Origin: an uncultured delta proteobacterium
GTDB taxonomy: Bacteria; Myxococcota_A; Polyangia; Fen-1088
Reading direction: 5' to 3'
Assembly: GCA_963796685.1 (NCBI GenBank)
Contig: CAWCMR010000025.1
Location: 1,760,001 to 1,824,000, forward strand
Length of the DNA: 64,000 bases
The first letter of the stretch is position 1, and the number at the start of each line of letters is the position of its first letter. Shown here one piece after another: positions 60,452 through 64,000 of this stretch. The translations under genes were made by a program, and so were the position numbers. The notes beneath the pieces were generated by a model, which was not told where the DNA came from, made no database searches, and worked only from the letters and a program-made list of their open reading frames with translations.

Positions 60452-60478
60452 GACGAGGCCATCACGAGCTTCGTGACA
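60452..60478 (-). promoter_or_regulatory. ECF41-type autoregulatory promoter for the sigma gene
   Basis: TGTCACG-N16-CGTC on the minus strand. Confidence 0.75.
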
Positions 60479-60491
60479 AGGAGAACGAAGA

Positions 60492-61010
60492 ATGACTCAA
60501 GTAAGCCCAAATTTCGATAACCTGGGTGCTCTAGCCACCACCGCGCAACCCTCGAAGCACCCCCGCATCAAGAACCCCGCAATGCTGCTGCCTGGTGCGA
60601 TGCAGGGGATCCAAACCGTCATGGGTGCCATCTACAAGAGCGGCGTGCCCGCGGGCACCCTCGAGCTCTGTCACCTCAGAGCTAGCCAAATCAACGGTTG
60701 CCACCTATGCATCGCCACTGGTCTCGAGCAAGCCAAGCGTGCCGGTGAAACCGAAGAGCGCCTCGCCGCCATATCCACTTGGCGTGACTCCACAGTCTTC
60801 ACCGAGCCCGAGCGTGCCGCCCTCGAGCTCGCCGAATCCGTCACCCGACTTGCCGATTGCACCGATCCCGTCCCCGACGTGATCTGGCAACGCGCCACTC
60901 GCCATTTCGACGAGCAGAGCCTCGCCGCGCTGGTCCTCATGATTGGTCTCACGAATGCGTTCAATCGGTTTAACGTGAGCACGCGCCAAGTGGCTGCAGA
61001 GTGGGGTTGA
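60492..61010 (+). CDS. Carboxymuconolactone decarboxylase/AhpD family protein
   Basis: LRASQINGCHLC, ERAAL.LAE and NAFNRFN motifs; AAGGAG RBS. Confidence 0.9.
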   Translation: MTQVSPNFDNLGALATTAQPSKHPRIKNPAMLLPGAMQGIQTVMGAIYKSGVPAGTLELCHLRASQINGCHLCIATGLEQAKRAGETEERLAAISTWRDSTVFTEPERAALELAESVTRLADCTDPVPDVIWQRATRHFDEQSLAALVLMIGLTNAFNRFNVSTRQVAAEWG

Positions 61011-61070
61011 GTGGGGGAGTCGGGTTGGTTAATTGGGGAGCCAGCAGGGGCGTGCCCGGCTCCCCTACAT

Positions 61071-61086
61071 TGGCAACTGGCGTGCA
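61071..61086 (+). promoter_or_regulatory. Possible sigma54 -24/-12 promoter
   Basis: TGGCAACTGGCGTGCA has GG-N10-GC spacing and lies upstream of the Spy/ZraP-like gene. Confidence 0.5.
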
Positions 61087-61138
61087 AAGTCACCTTCGTC
61101 GTGCCAGAACCCGCCGGCACAATCCACGGAGACAACCC

Positions 61139-61726
61139 ATGAACCAGCTCGCAAGAACCCTCGCAATCGCGGCTCTGTTGATGACTGCCACCAGCGCCCA
61201 GGCCGGACCGCACGGGCCGAAGGGCGATGGTCCCAAGGCCGGCGGGCCGATGGCCGACCTGAACCTCACCCCGGAGCAGAAGCAGAAGATCGAGCAGATC
61301 CACGCCGCTGCCGTCAAGCAGGCCGAACCGTTGCAAAAAGAGCTGGGCGCCAAGATGAAGGAGTTGCAGGCGCTGTGGGCGGTCGACAAGCCCGACAAAG
61401 CCGCGATCGAACGCAAGCACGACGAGATGAACCCCATCTTCGCGAAGCTGCGCAACATTTACATTGACAGCAAATTGCAGATCCACGCGGTTCTCACGCC
61501 AGAACAGCGGGCCAAGTGGTCGAGCCACCAGGACATGCACGGCATGATGATGGGGCCGGGCATGGGCATGGGGTACGGCGGGGGAATGGCCGGTCCGCAC
61601 GGTGGCGCCTACGCCGGCATGGGCGGTGACTGTCCGTGCATGCACGGTGACTGCGCTGTCAAGCAGGGCGGCGAGTGCCCCTGTAAGCAAGCTGCGGGCA
61701 AGGGGCCCAAGCCGGAGAAGAAGTAG
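61139..61726 (+). CDS. Spy/CpxP/ZraP-family periplasmic protein with Met/His/Cys-rich tail
   Basis: Signal peptide, LNLTPEQ and VLTPEQR motifs; tail CPCMHGDC...CPCK. Confidence 0.85.
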   Translation: MNQLARTLAIAALLMTATSAQAGPHGPKGDGPKAGGPMADLNLTPEQKQKIEQIHAAAVKQAEPLQKELGAKMKELQALWAVDKPDKAAIERKHDEMNPIFAKLRNIYIDSKLQIHAVLTPEQRAKWSSHQDMHGMMMGPGMGMGYGGGMAGPHGGAYAGMGGDCPCMHGDCAVKQGGECPCKQAAGKGPKPEKK

Positions 61727-61899
61727 CTCGCTGTCACCTCGACGAGCGCGCCAGGCAGTGCCGGCCTTCGGGCAACTGGCGACACTGCTTGTCCGCACTT
61801 CTTGTCCACGGAAGGTCGGTGGCGGGAGCTGCGGCCAACCAGCGTGTCGCTCGAGATGCTGAAGATCTGCGTCCGGAATGGCCAGCTCGGACTCAGCCT

Positions 61900-62673
61900 T
61901 CACAGGGCGTCGATGGCCTGCGCGCAGGCGCCAAGTTGCGCAAGCGCGCCGGTGAGCGCAGTGGCCGATTCGGGATTGCGGATGAAGCGTTCAATCTCGC
62001 CGCCGTCGACTTTCATGCGCGCGACCAGGCCCGCGGGTGTGGTCTCGAGCAACCATCCCGAGAGCCGCTCGCGGCAGGTCTGCAAGGGGTCTGTGCTCTG
62101 CGGCGGCAGCGCCGCCTCGTCCGCATCGCTCACCCCAGGAATCCAAGCGGCCAGCAGCACGTGCACACTGGGGGGCTGGAGATGGAGTGGCTTCAGGTTC
62201 AGCTCGATCAGCGCATGGTAGGGCCCCACCGTGGTCCGCACCGAATAGAACCAGAGACCGAGCGAGCGCACGCGCCAGAAGAAGTCGAGCCCCCCGTACA
62301 TGAACAGGTAAAGGCCAATGGCGACAGGCGCAGCCGGGAAGCTGTCGCCGAGGAGCTTGTAGGCTGCCAGTGCCAGAAGGATGGGGAGCGCCTGCGCGGC
62401 CACGAAGAGAGCGATGCCGAACTGTCCCCATGTTCCAACGCTCGCCGTGGTGGCGTCCCAGTCCGCCTTGGTGGCCACCGCAGCGTCTGCGGCGACCTGC
62501 TGATGCGCGAACTTCTCTCGAAACTCGCGCAGCTCCGCGAGGAGCTGCGCCGGCACCGGCTGGTGCAGGCTGCAGAACGGACAATCCACCTCCGGCTCTG
62601 GACGCGCGATCGTGAAGCTTGCACCGCATCCGGCGCAGGCGATGAGCCGCGCCGTGGTCACCGTCTCTGCCAT
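61900..62673 (-). CDS. Hypothetical membrane protein with N-terminal zinc ribbon
   Basis: CAGC...CPFC and two TM helices; coupled to the upstream gene. Confidence 0.7.
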   Translation of the reverse strand: MAETVTTARLIACAGCGASFTIARPEPEVDCPFCSLHQPVPAQLLAELREFREKFAHQQVAADAAVATKADWDATTASVGTWGQFGIALFVAAQALPILLALAAYKLLGDSFPAAPVAIGLYLFMYGGLDFFWRVRSLGLWFYSVRTTVGPYHALIELNLKPLHLQPPSVHVLLAAWIPGVSDADEAALPPQSTDPLQTCRERLSGWLLETTPAGLVARMKVDGGEIERFIRNPESATALTGALAQLGACAQAIDAL

Positions 62674-63116
62674 CAGGACTTACCCGTCGTGGAAGCTGCA
62701 TCTCGAGCCGCCTGGTAGGCCTGTCCGACCGTAGGCGGCGCTTGATAAACAATCGGCACATCGCGGTTCACCCGCATGGCCAGGGGAATCTTCGCATGCA
62801 CCCCGGGAACGTACTTGCGCCCCAGGGGGCCGTGGCTGGCGCCATACACGAGCTGCAGCTTCTTGCGTCCGGGCAGCAGCAAGACGCTGTGAAGACGAGG
62901 GGTGGCAGGTTTCCAGGGCTCGTCGAGGGAAAATGCGAGGGTGGGCGGAGGGGGCACGAGGAAGCTGAACGTGGGGATGTCCGGGTGCATGCCGGTCAGG
63001 ACGATCGTGAAGGTGAAGGTGGCCTTCGCCACCGCCATCCCGCCGCGAGACGGCTCGTCGGGCATCTCGCTGACCAGCAGCTGCGCCGGTACTTCCGTCT
63101 GATTAACCAATTGCAT
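62673..63116 (-). pseudogene. Internally deleted DUF2169-like (T6SS accessory) gene
   Basis: N-terminal MQLVNQT...VAKATF is joined directly to C-terminal VLTGMHP...F.VP...LHSVLL.P...LQLVY; only 147 aa. Confidence 0.55.
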
Positions 63117-63483
63117 GTGAGATGATTCCCGGAATGCGGCCATCCTACTCCGCTCAGACGCCGGGTGCCAAAGGCCGAAGTGTTGAACCCCCAAGGCGCT
63201 GGAATGCGCCTGGCGGAGAGCGTTCGGGTCGACAATCCTTTCGAGTACGATCGCATGCCCTGACCTCGATGCCTGCCGCGGTGCGAGTATTCACTGGCAA
63301 GCCGTGGGATGCTTTCGCTGAGGGGGTCCGGCGGGGGCCAAGGGAACGGGGTAGCCCGTGCAGAAATTTGGCATCGAATGCCCTTGTGGCGACATCTCAC
63401 TCAACGACCTCAACGCATGGGGTGCAGGTGGCCGAGGTGGGCCACTCGAATACGATCACGTGAAAATACGGAGGAATGATTCT

Positions 63484-64000
63484 ATGAGGAGACTGGCACT
63501 CGCAGTGGGGGCGTTCGTCATGCTACTTGCGGGCTCGGCGTATGCGCAGTACGGGGAGGCCGGCTGTGGATTGGGCGCCTTGGTCTTCGGGCAGGACAAC
63601 GCGCCCGGCAAACAGATCCTCGCGGCTACGACGAATGGCATTGGCGGGCAGACCTTCGCCATCACCTCGGGAACGTCCAACTGTTCCGCGGGTGGCGTGA
63701 TCAAGGCCCAGCGCGAGCAGGCCGCGTTCGCCGAGGTCAACTTCCAGGATCTCAAGGCCAACATGGCCGCCGGCGGCGGTGAGTTCCTTGCCTCCTTCGC
63801 GACCCTCCTCGGCTGCGAGGATTCGAGCAAGGTGAAGCTTGCCAGGATGTCGCAGGAGAAATTCGAGGTCATCGTGCCCAGCACCTCGACGACTCCGATC
63901 CAGATGCTCACGGCCATCAAGCAGCAGATCAAGGCCTCGCCGGCCCTGGCCACGACCTGCACCGACGAGCGCGCCATCGCGCGGGCCGAGGGCAGGCCGA
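63484..64000 (+). CDS. DUF3015-family exported protein, truncated by the window end
   Basis: GGAGG RBS, signal peptide, AGCGLG, QILAATTNG, QTFAITSGTSNC and GGGEFL...LLGC. Confidence 0.85.
   Translation, partial: MRRLALAVGAFVMLLAGSAYAQYGEAGCGLGALVFGQDNAPGKQILAATTNGIGGQTFAITSGTSNCSAGGVIKAQREQAAFAEVNFQDLKANMAAGGGEFLASFATLLGCEDSSKVKLARMSQEKFEVIVPSTSTTPIQMLTAIKQQIKASPALATTCTDERAIARAEGRP

Overview
High-GC chromosomal window that looks like Myxococcota/Polyangia. This is inferred from the many lipoproteins with Gly/Ser/Thr linkers, a TPR + Cys-rich repeat pair, CHRD and DUF3015 proteins and a long Ser/Thr kinase. Housekeeping content includes class II fba, aguB-aguA, crtE-crtB, a TolC-MdtABC efflux operon, an ECF41 sigma/CMD pair with two overlapping promoters, two VapBC-type toxin-antitoxin pairs, GT2/GT-C/GT39 glycosyltransferases, an ISL3 and an IS4 element, and several decayed genes. 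The most striking observation is an intronless bacterial lipoprotein (1752-3359) that matches the recalled motifs of fungal swollenin (SWO1), with a lipid anchor and linker in place of CBM1. It sits among other linker-tethered glycan-active lipoproteins: a GH12-like protein lacking the canonical nucleophile Glu, a GH128 and an alginate-lyase-family protein. Other notable items are a perfect 80-bp x5.5 REP-like hairpin array, a YkgJ-type Cys cluster fused to three PAS domains with no output domain, and an ISL3 with an 83-bp duplicated end that swapped a gene's C-terminus. Four long genes each carry a net +1 frameshift, probably from sequencing error. All family calls come from motif recognition by eye; no searches were run.
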